DNA from: Rhina ancylostomus
Taxonomy: Eukaryota
DNA length: 64,000 bases
Assembly: GCA_030265395.1 (NCBI GenBank)
Contig: JARFYF010000112.1
Span: forward strand, 76,206,637 to 76,270,636
Reading direction: 5' to 3'
The notes below the pieces were generated by a model. It saw nothing but the letters and a program-made list of their open reading frames with translations, searched no databases and had not been told where the DNA came from. The translations under genes and the position numbers were made by a program. The first letter of the stretch is position 1; each line of letters opens with the position of its first letter. This document shows, piece after piece, positions 12,786-26,350 of the stretch.

Positions 12786-15110
12786 TTGAATCATAGAGTT
12801 GCTACAGCTGACGAGGTGGCCATTCAACCCTCAGAGTTTGTGTGTGCTCCAAGTAAAGCAACCCTGTCAGCTCCATTCCCTTGCTTGTTTCCTATGGCCC
12901 TGCAAATACTTTCCATCAATTTCCAATCCCCTTTTGAAGGCACTGATTCTGCTTGCAACAACTTCATAGGCCATGAATTTTGAATCATAACTACACTCTG
13001 TTTGAAAATAAAAGTTTTCCTCATATCCGTCTTGTTTCTTTTGGCTAAAATTTTAAATCTGAGGGCCTGGATCCTTAATGATCTATTTCCCTCTACTTAT
13101 CCTATCTAAACCCTTCATGATCAGAACCCTATGTGACTACACCCCAGGGTTCTGAAAGAGGTAGCTGAAGAGATTGTGGAGGCATTAGTAGAGATCTTTC
13201 AAGAATCACTGGAGTCAGGAATGGCTCTGGAGGATTAGAAAATCGCAAATGTCACTCCACTCTTTAAGAAGGGAGGGAGGCAAAAGACAGGAAATTATAG
13301 GCCAGTTAGCTTGCCTTCAGTGGTTGGTAAGATGTTAGAGTGCATTATTAAGGATGAGGTTTCGGGGTACTTGGAAGCACATGATAAGGGAAATCTTGCC
13401 TGACAAATCTGTTGGAATTCTTTGAGGAAGTAACAGGCAGGATAGACAAAAGGAGAGCCTGTGAATGTTGTTTACTTGGATTTTCAGAAGGCCTTTGACA
13501 AGGTGCCACACACGAGACTGCTAAACAAGATAGGAGCCCATGGAATTACAGAAAAGGTACTAACATGGATAGAAGATTGGCTAATTAGCAGAAGGCAAAG
13601 AGTGGGAATAAAAGGGGCCTTTTCTGGTTGGCTGCTGGCGACTAGTGGTGTTCCACAGGGGTCGGTGTTGGGTCCGCTACTTTTCACCTTATTTGTTAAT
13701 GATTTGGGTGATGGAATTGATGGCTCTGTGGCCAAGTTTGTGGATGATACAAAGATAGGTGGAGGGTCAGGTAGTGTGACAAAGCAGGGAGTCTGCAGAA
13801 GGATTTGGACAGGTTAGGAGAACTGTCAAGGAAGTGGCAGATGGAATAAAGGCATAGACTATTTTCTAAACTGGGAGCAAATTCAGTAATTGGAGATGAA
13901 AAGTGAATTGGGAGTCCTCGTGCAGGATTCCCTAAAGGTTAACTTGCAGGTTGAGTCGATAGTAAGGAAGGCAAATGCAATGTTAGCATTGATTTCGAGA
14001 GACCAGAATTTAAAAGCAAGGATGTAATGCTGACGCTTTACATGGCATTGGACAGACCACATTTGGGGTATTGTGAGCAGTTTCGGGCCCTATATCTAAG
14101 GAAGGATGTGCTGGCATTGGAGAGGATCCAGAGGAGGTTTATGAATATGATCCCGGGAATGAAAGGGTTAATGTATGAGGAGCATTTAATGGCTCTGGGC
14201 CTATACTCAATGGAGTTTAGTAGGATGAGGGAGAATCTCATTGAAACCTATCAACAATTGAAAGGCCTGGATAGAGTGGACATAGAGAGGACGTTTCCAG
14301 TAGTGGGAGAGCCTAGGACCAGAGGACGCAGCCTGAGAATAGAAGGACACCCCTTTAGAATAGAGATGAGGAGGAATTTCTTTAGCTAGAGGGTGGTGAA
14401 TCTGTTGAATCCATTGCCACAGATGGCTGTGGAGGCCAAGTCATTGAGTATATTTGGAGGTCGATAGCTTCTTGATTAGTAAGGGCATCAATGATTACGG
14501 GGAGAAGGCAGGAGAATGGGGTTGAGAGGGTAAAATAAATCAGCCATGATCCAATGGCAGAGCAGACTCAATGGGCCGAATGGCCTAATTCTGCTCCTAT
14601 GGCTTATGGCCTTATTGCCTTCTGATTTTGTGCACTTCTATCAGTTCTCCCCTTCACCTTTCTTTGTTCCCAGAATAATAACCTCAGCTTTTCCATTCTA
14701 TCTTTGTAGCTGAAATCCCTTATCTCTGGAGCCGTTGTGGTAAATATTTTCAGTGTATTTTCTAGGTCCTTCACATTCTAACTAAAGTGCAGTAATCAAA
14801 ACTGTATATAATACTCTATTTTTGTACAGGATGAACATTGTAACCTTGCTTTTGCACTCTTTGTCTCTAACTATTAATTTCAGGATCCCATAGTCCTTAC
14901 TCATCACTCTCTCAACATCCCCTGCCACTTTCAAAGATGCAGGCATATCCAGACCCAGGTCTTTCTGTTCCTTTATGACTGTGTCATTTACACAAAATCA
15001 TCTCTTTCATTCTTTCTGTCAAAGTGCATGACCACACACTTTTTACTCTTCAATTTCACCTGGCATGTGTGTGCCCATTCTGCCAATCTATCGATTTCTG
15101 CCTTATGCTG
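12786..15110 (-). mobile_element. Older CR1 LINE 3' part, split by a younger CR1 (pieces ~12786-13120 and ~14621-15110)
   Basis: Reverse 3' tail atcatagag...ggccattcaacc at ~12790. The flanks cccttcatgat | tgattttgtgcacttctatcag rejoin. Minus peptide DRLAEWAHTCQVKLKSKKCVVMHFDRKN. Confidence 0.75.
13131..14620 (+). mobile_element. Younger 5'-truncated CR1 LINE (RT domain plus 3' UTR)
   Basis: VVYLDFQKAFDKVPH, SGVPQGSVLGPLLF, KFVDDTKIGG, RPHLGYCEQF, LERIQRRF, EMRRNFFS. 3' end gggccgaatggcctaattctgctcct followed by an atggcctt-like tail. Confidence 0.95.
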
Positions 15111-15699
15111 AGTAAAATAGTCATAGGTGAGTTGGAGATTTTGTACGGTAAAATACTGGATGTTAACAAATTTCTTCCTGAAGAGTACTAGAGCAATNNN
15201 NNNNNNNNNNNNNNNNNNNNNNNNNNNNNNNNNNNNNNNNNNNNNNNNNNNNNNNNNNNNNNNNNNNNNNNNNNNNNNNNNNNNNNNNNNNNNNNNNCTA
15301 GAGCAATTGATACAGGTCTTGATATAAGCATGGATTAAAGTTTTGGCAGTGATTGGTATGAAGTAAGGAGGGGGGGTGTGTGATACCAGTGTGGTTTTCA
15401 CATAGGGTCCTAATTTAAACAGTGATCGCTTTGTAATCAAGGTTCTCAATTAGTCCCTTTTGGCATTGATAAAATGCTTCAGTTGAGCTTATTTCTGCCC
15501 CTGTGAAATCTTCAGTACATTGGTGAGCAGAATGTACAGATAATTTCATATCTTGCAGAATAAGGTTGCTTCTTGGGGTAAGATTTCATTGCAGTATGTT
15601 AAAAGAAAATGTAAAAAATCCTCATATCATTTGAGTCCATATGAAGTGGCAAACGAAGCACTGAGAAATATCTTGAAATCCAACAGTGGAATAAAGAAA

Positions 15700-15990
15700 G
15701 AATTGCAATTTCAAAACCTCACAATTTTACTTTTGAAGTGTAGTTAGTGCTATATTGAAGGAAAGCTCACAGTTTGTGCACTGCATGGTCCCATGGTCTA
15801 TTGTGATAACAATCAGATCTTCTGCTTTGGTGATATGAATTGAAGGATAAATAACCAGGATTTGGGAAAACCCTTTCTTTCTTAAATGGTGCCAAAGGTT
15901 TGTCTTTAATGTCCATCTGCAATGGGATCTGTTTCATGCCTCATCTGAAAGACAGCAGTTATGACAGTGCAGAACTTCCTCAGTGCTGTA
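15700..15990 (-). mobile_element. DeuSINE/SacSINE1-like ancient SINE
   Basis: Reverse-oriented match to the copy at 20875-21240 (tttgaagtgtagt; gaaggataaata; tcatctgaaagacagca...gacagtgcag..cttcctcagtgctg). Confidence 0.7.
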
Positions 15991-16664
15991 TATATCTACA
16001 TTTAGGTCCTGCTGCTGGGGAGATTTGATAGATGTGAATACAGCAAGTTGGTTTAGGTAGGGTGTGTCAGCTCAAATCTCTGGATTAGGAAAAATTCAAA
16101 ACCTGTTGGGAGCCAGAATGTAGTGCTGAAAAGATGTAAGTCGATTAATTAACTTGCATTGTTGGTGCAGAAGTAGAGAACAGAAATGTAGCACTGCCAG
16201 GCTTAAACGCGTCTTGATTTTAGAAGGCGTTTTCTTACTGTTGCCAAATTAGGAATCAGATATTGAGGCTCCCAACTGGGCAATTGATCCAAAGAACAAT
16301 TAACACCTCTCAAAAAGAAGTGGATGAATATTTGTCTGAGAATGGAACTGAGGGTAGCAAAAATAAGTACAGAAGCAGATAATCAAATGCTGTGTGAAAC
16401 ATAATGGAGCTAACATTCCAGCTGTTGTGTTGTCAGTTCAAGAGAACAGAATGCACCACTCAAATTATGATCTGACTTGGCCATTGTACAGTTTGATGAT
16501 GTATTCTGAGTTATGCTATACAGGTCCAGCAACATATTTTAGCTTCCTATTTGCTTTGTTCACTGCTGCTTCATGGTGATTAGGCGTTTGAACTAATTTT
16601 TTCAGACCATTCTCATCTATCCTAGATCTGGCCATCTTTGTCTATACAAATAAATCTAATCAGG

Positions 16665-17302
16665 TTAGGACATACAAAATGAATAGTAGGGTCCTAGGGA
16701 ATATTGAGGAACAGAGGCACCTCTGTGTCCAAGTCCATAGATACCTAAAGATAGCAGCACAGGTGGATAAGGTAGTTAAGAAAGTATCCAGTTCATTTCG
16801 AGATGCCATCTGGAGGAAGGACATGCTTGCATTAGGGATGGTACAGAGGAGATTTACCAGGATGTAGCCTGAAATGGAATATTTTAATTATGTTGAGAGA
16901 TGGCATTAGCTGCATTTTTTTTGGCGTAGGGGAAAATGAAGGAGGACCTGATAGAGGTATACAAAATTATGAGAGGCATAGATAGGGCAGATAATGAGAA
17001 ACTATTTCTCATAACTGAAACATCTAAAATCAGAGGGCAAGGTTCAGGATAAAAGGTAGGAGGTTCAGAGGTGATCTCAGGAAGTTTTTTACCCAGAGGG
17101 TTGCTGGAATCTGGAACACACTGCCCAAGAGGATAGCGGAAGCATAGACTCTCACAACATTTAAGAAACGTCTGGATGAGTACTGGAATCGTCACGGAGC
17201 AGAAGGCTATGGACGAAGGGCTGGAAAATAGGATTAGTATAGCTGATGACGCAATGGTTCGCATGGACATGATGGGCCAAAGGGCACGATTCTATGATTC
17301 TA
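16665..17302 (+). mobile_element. CR1 LINE 3' fragment
   Basis: EQRHLCVQVHRYLKIAAQVDKVVKK, VQRRFTRM, GDLIEVYKIMRG-like segment; 3' end gggccaaagggcac...ctatgattcta. Confidence 0.9.
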
Positions 17303-18445
17303 AGTTTTGCATCGTTAATAATACAGTTGTAGCATCTCTCATTTCTTCCAATGTGTGTGCAATGCCTTACTTTTGTTTGTAATTAATTCCATTCCTCGCC
17401 TGCAAATTTTATTTAGCTCATTTTACAGGTTTCTTGTTGCTTCCTCCTCCCCAACTGCTCCACCTCCTCCTACTGTCACATCATTTTCATATCCGAGCAG
17501 TTGCATTCGAACTCAAAATGTATTTTAGGAATTTAGCCAAAGTCTTTTACCTTCTTGGATACTTTGCCTACATAGATGTAAATCATTGGGAGATTAAGTT
17601 AGAGATCAGGATAGCGGAATGTTTATGTATTCCACTGGGAGGAAGGCTTTAATAGACTATGCAGACTTATTTCATTTCATGTCAATTTAAGTAACAATAA
17701 GTGGTCAGCTGGCTCACATGATTATCTTAAATTGATATCATTAGATATGGTGCCATTTAAATTTTGGTATTCCTCTTTGCATTAAGGTTTTATTATTTCT
17801 ATTATGTGAATCATTCTGAAGAGACTTATTTCATAATAACTGTGAGTGAGAAGGAATGCCTGCCAAGGAAGAGAATAGAAAGAAAGCTGCAAAGTGACTC
17901 ATGTTTTATTAGAGTTGTGTTAAGAGTGTTAAGAACCAGAAATAACTTGGTGTCTGATTTTTTTTTTCACAATACTTTCTTCAGATAAAATTCTGGAAAT
18001 TCCATTTATATATGCAGAGCATTTCAAATGAGAGTCAGTATTGACTGCTTATTTCATACACTGGTGTCAGGCTGCAGGCAGTTGTAATCTTCTTTCTTGC
18101 TGTACAAGATCTGTGTCTCATAGGGAAACCCACTGATGTGAAACACTAATTATGCTTTTATCCCCCATTTTCTATCCTCTCCTGCAGAAGTCATTGAGGT
18201 TTAGTAGGGCAATCTTCTTAACATACTATTGCCAACAGTAATCATTGTTCAACTCTGGAAAGTTGTCTTTCAATGAGACTAAAATCATAAGCAAAAAGAG
18301 GCCATTCAGCCCATTTGTGCCTGCTCCTGATCTTTGCTATTCAAAGACATCCTGCTTCTTACCCAGAGACCTGATATTCAGATATTTATCCAATTCAGAT
18401 TTTGAAGGTATTATTAAATCTGCTTCTACCATTCTTTCAGCAAAC

Positions 18446-18730
18446 CCATTGAACCATAGAACAGTACAGCACAATACAGGCCCTTCAGTCCACCATGTTG
18501 TGCCACCCTACAAACCACTATCTAACCCCTTCTTCCCACAAATCCCTTTATCTTAAATTCCTCCATATGTTTATCTAACAATCTCTTGAACTTGACCAAC
18601 GTATCAGCCTCCACCAGCACCCCAGGCAGCGCATTCCATGCACCAACCACTCTCTGGGTGAAAAACCCTCCTTATGACATCTCCCTTGAACTTCCCACCC
18701 ATTACCTTAAAGCCATGTCTTCTTGTTTTG
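18446..18730 (-). mobile_element. Short CR1 3' fragment inserted into an older CR1 3' remnant (~18285-18900), with a 7-bp duplication
   Basis: Reverse CR1 tail accatagaacagtacagcacaatacaggcccttcag. AGCAAAC flanks both sides (18439-18445 and 18731-18737). Confidence 0.8.
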
Positions 18731-20874
18731 AGCAAACATTTCAAATCATGGTAACTAGCTGTGTAAAAAATTCCCATTGCAACCCTGTTTTTTTTCTCAA
18801 TTACTCAAACCTGAATCCTCCAGAGTGGACATGTTTTTCTTTTACTTATTCAATCAAAACCCTTCATGATCTTTAAAACCTCTTCTCCAAGGACAATAGC
18901 ACTAGCTCCTCCTTGAAAATGAAGTTATATATTAGATTTAAATTATCCCATTCAATTCTGAAGTTGGAGGCAAACATTGTACATTATAACCAGCCTTGAC
19001 TCCTTTGAAAGCAGGCCACTATTTGCAATTTCTTCATCTTATATTTTTACTTCAAATTATCCTGAGAAGAATTGATCAGAAAATGTTTACCATTTTATTG
19101 AGATACAAATGATAAACAACATCTTCAAGGGAATGACAATTACAGTGTAAATGGCAATATGGAGTGTCTGTGGTTAGGGGGACTTTAACCATTGGATATC
19201 AAATGTTGTTCAGCAGCTGCCAAGTTATTGAAAGATGACCCACTTCAAGTCACACAAATAAGTACCCTGATACTATTTTAGTAAATTTAGTAAATACACA
19301 AAAACAGAATTGGTCCTACTCTTAGGCACAGGGGAAGCTTACATCCTCAGCAATAGTCACAGAATTACCACTCCGGACTCAGATTAACCACTGATCAACA
19401 CTAAGTGACCAGTAACTACCTGTGAAGATATAATTGAATAATAATTACTGATACTTTGGTTTGGCTGTCATTCTGAGCCAATTGAATAGGAAAACTGCTC
19501 TCCAGTTTGGAATGTTTGCCTTGAATAGGAACGCATCATAAAGATTGTGAAATGGTACAACCCAAAGGCTCTGTTTTTCATTGGAAATAGAATATTTAAA
19601 CCATCCTTTATATCCAACAAAAGCTAGTCATTGATTTACTATTGTATATACAATCTAGTCATGTGCAAACCATAGTTACAAAAGTAGATCAGAGGCTGGG
19701 TAATCAGCTCTTGACCCCTCCAATTGATATTTTTTGAAAAGTGAGCCCTAGGTCCATGTCTCATTCATTCTTAACAGCAAACTATTATGCTACTGTATAA
19801 ATTATTTTAGAATGTATTCCTGGGACATGAGCCATGCTGGTAAGGAAACATTTATTGCCTTTTCTTTATTGTATTGAAAAGCTAGCAGTGGACTTCCCTT
19901 TAAAACTGCTGCAGCTCTTATGATAACTAGGGTTCTCACCATATGTGGGGAAGGAAATTGCAGGAATAAACACTTCCTTATTGATGCTCTGCATTTATCC
20001 ATAACAATGCTGAATTTATCTTTATAAGTGCCATTGAGATATTGCTTACATGCCTCATAGAAATGCTATTGGTTTCCTCTTTGAAAAATTGAAAGCATGG
20101 TCAAATATTGTAGTGGAGTATATCCAAGTCATAACATTGCCATTGTAGGTAATTCATTTATTAGTGTTTCCAGTAGATGACTTCAGAGGTCCTTTAATGC
20201 AATATTATTCCGGGATTACATCAGGGATCTGTTTTTTGCCTGCACTGAAGCAAGGCATTTGCTATACTCTGATGGTCAGTCTTGATTTGTTTGGCCTTTT
20301 CAAATGCAACCATACTGCTTGCTGGGCCTGAAGTAGAGGACAGAGTAATAGAAACCGTACCTGCAATTGAAGTGTTCAATCTGCCAGCAAGTACCTCTCC
20401 CAACCAGAAACCTGTTGTGGGAAATTTCACCTCTTTATACTGGAAATAATAATGTTCTATTTCCCCAAACCAGAAGCCTACATTTAATCTATTTCTTAGC
20501 GACAAAGCTATATGGAAATCTTTTTGTATATTAATTCTTTAAAAAAATTCGATATAGATGTTAAATTGGGTTCCAATGTAATAATGTGCTTATTTAGGAT
20601 TGTCTGCTTCTGTGGATTAGAACATTACTGTTTTTTTTCTGGGGCCCACTTAACTACTGCCAAATGTGCAGATATCAATGTGTGCTTTGGATACTTGTGA
20701 GACACTAACAAAGAAGTTAGGCAGTTTAAACCTAAACACCAGCAAGGTGCATAGAATTCATCAGTAAATTGATGTCCTCTCCTCTAGATAGCATATGATT
20801 TGTTTGATGCAAGAAAGGAACATGACGTCTTGATGCAATTCTGGCCCTGATATAAGGTGGTTGAAATGTTACCT

Positions 20875-21240
20875 GTGGTTCAGTTGGGAGCATTGTCATC
20901 TCTGAATCAGATGGGGCTAGGTTCAAGTTTCAATTCAGAGATTTAAGCACGAACATCTAATCTGACATTGAGAGAGTGCTACATAGTTATAGGTACTATC
21001 TTTAGGATGTAAGATATCCATGAAGAAGAGTAGGAGAATTATTCCTGGAGCCCAACCAATATTTACCCCTCAATCATCATTGCAAAACAAAAAAGATTTT
21101 TTGATTCATATTTGGTAGTTGTTTGTAGGAGCTTGCTATGTGCAATGCGGACTCATCTTTCCCACATTACAATAATGACTACACTTCAAAAATGTCTTAA
21201 GAAGAGATGTGAGAGGTGCTATTTACAGGAAATGCAATTT
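20875..21240 (+). mobile_element. DeuSINE/SacSINE1-like ancient SINE
   Basis: tRNA-like head (ggttcagttgg...ggttcaagt), Deu-domain-like gaagaagagtaggagaatt..cctgg...ccaatatttacccctcaa, and tail tttcccacattacaataatgactacacttcaaaa. Confidence 0.75.
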
Positions 21241-21402
21241 TTTTTTACTCCCTCCTGTGCTAAAATCAGATCATTTGTTGCACATTTATCTGTGTGTGGT
21301 TGTGACTGGCTTTAGGGGGTTCTCACCTTGTTGGATATAAAATTACTTTAACATCACCTTGTTTGAATCTGCAAGTCTCCCATTTGTTGTCCTGCTTTTC
21401 AG

Positions 21403-21471
21403 GGTTTGAAATCTCAGAGTATCAGAAGAGACAAGCTGCAATGACCGTAAGAAAAGTCAGCAAACAGAAAG
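21403..21471 (+). CDS. ARHGEF9: ARHGEF9 (collybistin) penultimate coding exon
   Basis: cttttcag|GG...AAAG|gtgagt; 69 bp, phase 1/1. Encodes [23 protein letters not shown], near-identical to the collybistin post-PH segment (human [23 protein letters not shown], recalled). Confidence 0.96.
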
Positions 21472-21549
21472 GTGAGTATGTATCCTTATAATCCTTCCAG
21501 CAGACAGTATTACAGGCAAGGAGTCAAAAATCACAGCTGGAAGAACATA

Positions 21550-21901
21550 GGCTAATAGAACCGCTGCCTCACAGCACCAGAGATCCTGGTTCAATCCTGA
21601 CCTCCAGTGCACTCTATGTGGAGTTTCTGCCTTTGACTATCTGGGTTTTCTCTGATGCTCCAGTTTCCTTTCANNNNNNNNNNTTCACATCCCAAAGATA
21701 TGCAGGTTAGGTGGTTAGCTAGCCACTGTAAATTGCACCTTGTGTGTAGGTGGGTGGTGGAATCTGAGGGGAGTGTATTAGAGTATAGGGAGAATAAAAC
21801 ATGGGAATAATGTAGGATTAGTGGAAATGGGTGGTTAATGGTTGCTGCTGACTTGGTGGGCCAAAGGACCTGTTTCCATGCTGGACATCTCTATGACTCT
21901 A
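21550..21901 (+). mobile_element. HE1-like tRNA-derived V-SINE with CR1-derived tail
   Basis: gctgcctcacagc..cagagatcctggttcaatcctgacc, V-domain tgtggagttt...ctgggttttctctgatgctccagtttcc...catcccaaaga, and tail gggccaaaggacctgtttccatgctg..tctctatgactct. Confidence 0.88.
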
Positions 21902-23625
21902 ACACCCTTGAAGTCTCATTGGGCATAGACATGATCCAAAGTACTGCACATTCATGCTGATTAGGAGTTTCCAGGTTTCATTGCTAGTCTGTACTGAGTT
22001 AGCTAACTCCATCTAGCCCATAGTTGAGGCTTAGATGTATGAATTTGATTAAAAACACTTTATTTTGGTCGAGAAGCTCTTGGTTCTTGAATAGCTTATC
22101 TATCTTATTTACCTATCAAGACTCACATGGAAGATATACTGAAGTATTGCTGTCATTTATCGAATTGTACACCAGCAAAATTTATTGAAAATTAGTTGAA
22201 GGATCTGGGGAAACTATACAAAGGTTTTGGTCAATGGCACAAGAAGTCTGAGCAACCAGCATGATGTAACATTTTCCAACTTTGCACTGCCAGCAGTAAT
22301 CTTCAGCACATATCCAAATTTTCAGGGTGCACACTATTTCATTTTCTGGCCATGAGAGTTTTAAAAATAACGAGCAGTACATGACAAACTTTTCATGCCC
22401 CTATAAAATACAAACATTTTGCATTGCAAAATGCAAATATTCCAGAAAATATCAAAGGCCTTAGGGCATGTAAATATAATGGTAAACTAAAATTCTCCAA
22501 CGGCTTGCCTGCTTAAGGCATCCATACCAGGCAGTTTAGGAACCACACAATTAAATTCATGCTGGATTAGCGGATTTTGGAGGAGATATATGAATAACCA
22601 TTGCAATCTGTGTGGTGCCTATAAGGCATAACATGCCCGAATACAATGACTTCAAAGACATAGTTTGGCAATGTCCTGAGGAGAATAAATAAAAATATTT
22701 GATCATCACACAAAGGGCTGGTACAAGTTGAGCCTTCACAAGATAGATTGAAAGTACCTGGAATTGCATGGGTTTTGTTGTTGGATAATGGTGGAATTAG
22801 GCCCAATTGTGATGCCTCCTGTAGTCAGTAATGTATCAAGATACACTACTTAAACTATTAAAATCAATGACCAAGGCTAGTGGAACCTATGGAATTCCAG
22901 TGAAACACAGTGATTTCATTCAGGACAAATAATAGAAAAACTAGGATCAATTAAAAAATCTATAAAGTGATTTTAATCCATGTTGAAATCATTCAGAATA
23001 ATAATAAGATTTGCCAAACTGTGGCTAATCTGAGGGTGAGTGCCACCTACCACGCAAAAGTTATCCTCTAACTTGTTAATATTTATGTACCATAATTAGT
23101 TTTAATTCATTAACAATTCTTAGTTCATTCCCTTAAATGCTAACTAGCTGATAAATTACATAATTCATCTTCTTTGCCAACATTTTGTAGATAAGTAGAT
23201 TGAGTTTGTGACTTTAAATTCCTGTGGAACCTGATTTTTTTGTGTATTCAAATCATATTTATTTTAGAATATAAATAAATGTCATTTTAAAACCTTCAGT
23301 TTTAACATGGTATTCTGAGAAGCTAAGATTGAATAAACAGAAGAGTATTCCCAATCTGAACCTATCTTTCCATCTGGTGATGTAGATTTGCATTTTAAAA
23401 GAGCTTCCAGCTACACCAGTGATATTTTTAGAATGCCTTTGTTCAGCAAGTAGGCCAGTGTGCATAAAAAATACTCTACAAAATAAGGAAAATGTGGAAA
23501 AGGCTGACTTTTAAATTGATCTTCACACCCCAATATAGAAATGCTGGCTGACGTAAAACAACGAGCAGCTGTTTTACTACTGGCACTTATGTAAATTAAG
23601 GCTCAAACTAGGGAAAGGTCCAAGA

Positions 23626-23667
23626 TAAATCCCCACTAAAGGAGTTAAATCCCCACTAAAGGAGTTA
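23626..23667. repeat. Perfect 20-bp tandem duplication
   Basis: TAAATCCCCACTAAAGGAGT x2 followed by TA. Confidence 0.95.
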
Positions 23668-26350
23668 GTATCATGCAGATGTGAGCAAACTGGCTTCATT
23701 TCGATCTTTCTGATTGATTTCCTCACTGTTCATATGATGCACTTCCACTTTGACACGGGTCCAAGAACAATGAAAGGACACATGGAGAACAAATGCCTTT
23801 TCCCAATTAGGCTTCCAGTGAGACATATATGTTATTGAAGATCAGCATCTGGAGGTCCTACGTTTCCATTTGAGCATCACAGCAGAAATATAAAGAGAAT
23901 ACATAAGACAATATGCTGCAGATAAGTTACAAATATAAGCAATTGAATATACATAACACCACATAAGCTGTCTAAAGGATTTAAACTCATCATGATGAAC
24001 CTTTGGAAAGACTGGGGTTAGCTTAAATTACACAATTAGGAACAAAACCTAGAAATTCAATTGCATGTTTTCAGTGTTTTGCAACTGAAATTTCAACTTT
24101 TCCAAATGTGAAATTTGATAATGTTCTTTTTGAGGTCTCTTTGAGACACTCTGGCCATGAACTCAAGTATTTCCAGCCACAAGTGATTGGCCTATGCAAT
24201 TTCTGCATTAGTCATGCTTGGAATTATTTCATCTCCAGCTCATTGCTTCTCTTAGACTAAGACTTAGCCAATCTTGAGATAATTAAGTCTCTATTGGGCA
24301 CTCTTGGGACAAACATATTTTAGCAAGTTAGTAATTGCTTGAGATGCCCATAAACTAAGTCCTTTAGTTTGCTCCTTTAGGAATATTCCCACAATTTTGT
24401 TTTGACCATATCATCCTCATTTTTGATCTCATTTCCAACCCCAAAGCTCTAATCTCACAATCCTTCAGTTCTGTCACCTTCCTCCACATTAAGTATTCCT
24501 CTGATCCATCCAATCTTCCCCTCTGAACCTCTCAATCCATTGATTAAACTTCTCTTGTATCTCTTCCAATCTAACCAACATTTCCATGCCTCCTTCCTCC
24601 TTCCCCCCCCAACCAAAAGGCTACTCCAGACATCCCCACCATCTGTCTAAGGCCCCTCTGATACCATCATTCATCTCCCTCCCTTGTCCCCAAAGCCCCT
24701 CCTATCTTCTCAATCCATCATCTACAACCCCAGTGATAGAAACATTGCCAGGCTAACACCCCGTGATCTCCCCAATCGGCACAGTCTCTGCTTCTGCAGT
24801 AGGATTACCAAGGCTTCAGCAATCTTCTCACTCCAAAATCTGCGGTCAATACGGAAACAATAGCACTTGCCACTGATTGCAAAGAAAGCTTCCTCAAAGA
24901 TCTAGTGAAGTCAGATGAAATCTTCCTTGTTCTTGGTACCCACATCTATAGTACCATTTAACCAGCTGTGTGGTCAATTGCATTAAATTGCATTAAAGAA
25001 TTTTCATAGAAAGCAAACTGAAAACAAAAAGCACAATTTTTAGTTATAATTTTAAATATTATGCAAAGTATTAAAGGTTTGAACATAAACATATGATTAA
25101 GTAGAAGCTGCAATAATTTCCTTTTGTTTTACATTCCTGTTTTGAAATATTATTTTGATGAAATAATAATCCAAATATATAATTTTTTTATGGAGAGGTA
25201 GTCTGTTAAGCAATAATTATGGCTTGGCATTGCCATTAAAATCTAATAAACTGTAATATTTTCAGAACATCTTTGCAGCCGGACTAGTTTATAAATAGCA
25301 GGAACTTACATCAGTTGTAATGACTTCCCTGATCCTGGTGAAGTCTGCAAGCAGCACAGCCCATGAAGAAGCAATGTATCATTGACAATAGGTTTGGCAA
25401 TTCCACATTAAACTGCATGTACCTGGAAATCCCAAAGTTTCCTTTCAATTTCAGAGCTATGACTGTGAACATAAATAGCTTTTCTGTTATTACAACAGCA
25501 GTATCCAGATTTACATTTGTAAATTAGAGTACTCAACCTCACAAAATTGCGGAACAACTTAAACTTACTTCTCAGCCTGTTGCTTGCCCTCTTTGAAAGT
25601 AATATCTTTTTCAGATTCAGCATTTTGTTATTTATGGGGAAAATGTCAAATTACATTTCCTGCCAGTAGCATCTATAAAAGATTTACTATTTATTCAGCC
25701 TTGTAGATTTTCATAGGAAAATGAGAAATATAAAACAAAGATTTCAATTGCACAGACTACTTCAGTGGTGTAAAGTCCAAACTTAGAACTGACATCCAGA
25801 AATATTTCTGTACACAGATAATGATCAAAAGCTGGAATGGCTGCCAGGAAAATTAGGTCAGGATATTGGACCCATATGGGAAATAATGAGATTTCGTAAT
25901 GGAAGATGCTGGCATTTGTAATTTATAAGGATAAGGTCAAAGATATCATGCAAATAGATTGACCACCCCTGAGGTTTTCTCAGAGTTGTTCACTTAGACC
26001 CTTTTGCACTACTTCACACTTCCCAAGTTTAGTTCTAGGACAAAACCAAAACCAGCTAGTAGTGTTGTTAAATATGGAAGTGTAGTTCAGGTGTAAAGGC
26101 CGAAATGAGTTCAGAAGTAAAATTGAATGAAAATCTCTAACTGCATAAGTTTTCTTCTGCTGCATTCTGGCAGCAAATGGGAGCATGGTGAAAATTTCAG
26201 ATGGTTTACAATACTACAGAGACATTGGTTTGAAGTTAAACCACTAATGTTACTGTTGTAGTGTACGTAAAGCTGCAATTAAACATTGTATTTTGAAAGA
26301 ATTCAGTTGATAATATACTAATGTCTAATGACTTTTTTTTCCCGTTTCAG

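Noticed and set aside
15188-15307. CTAGAGCAAT repeated on both sides of a 100-N gap (similar short overlaps at the 10-N gaps near 21674 and 50656)
   Set aside because: More simply explained as contig-end overlap around placeholder gaps than as a TSD; cannot be resolved without reads.
1-21402. Upstream ARHGEF9 PH-domain exons
   Set aside because: No matching peptide found by eye or in the ORF track; the preceding exon probably lies before the window (intron >21 kb) or in a gap.
25262-25300. Possible alternative ARHGEF9 terminal exon after ttttcag or ctttgcag (EHLCSRTSL* or AGLVYK*)
   Set aside because: Such acceptor-like sites are common, and neither peptide resembles a known collybistin isoform.
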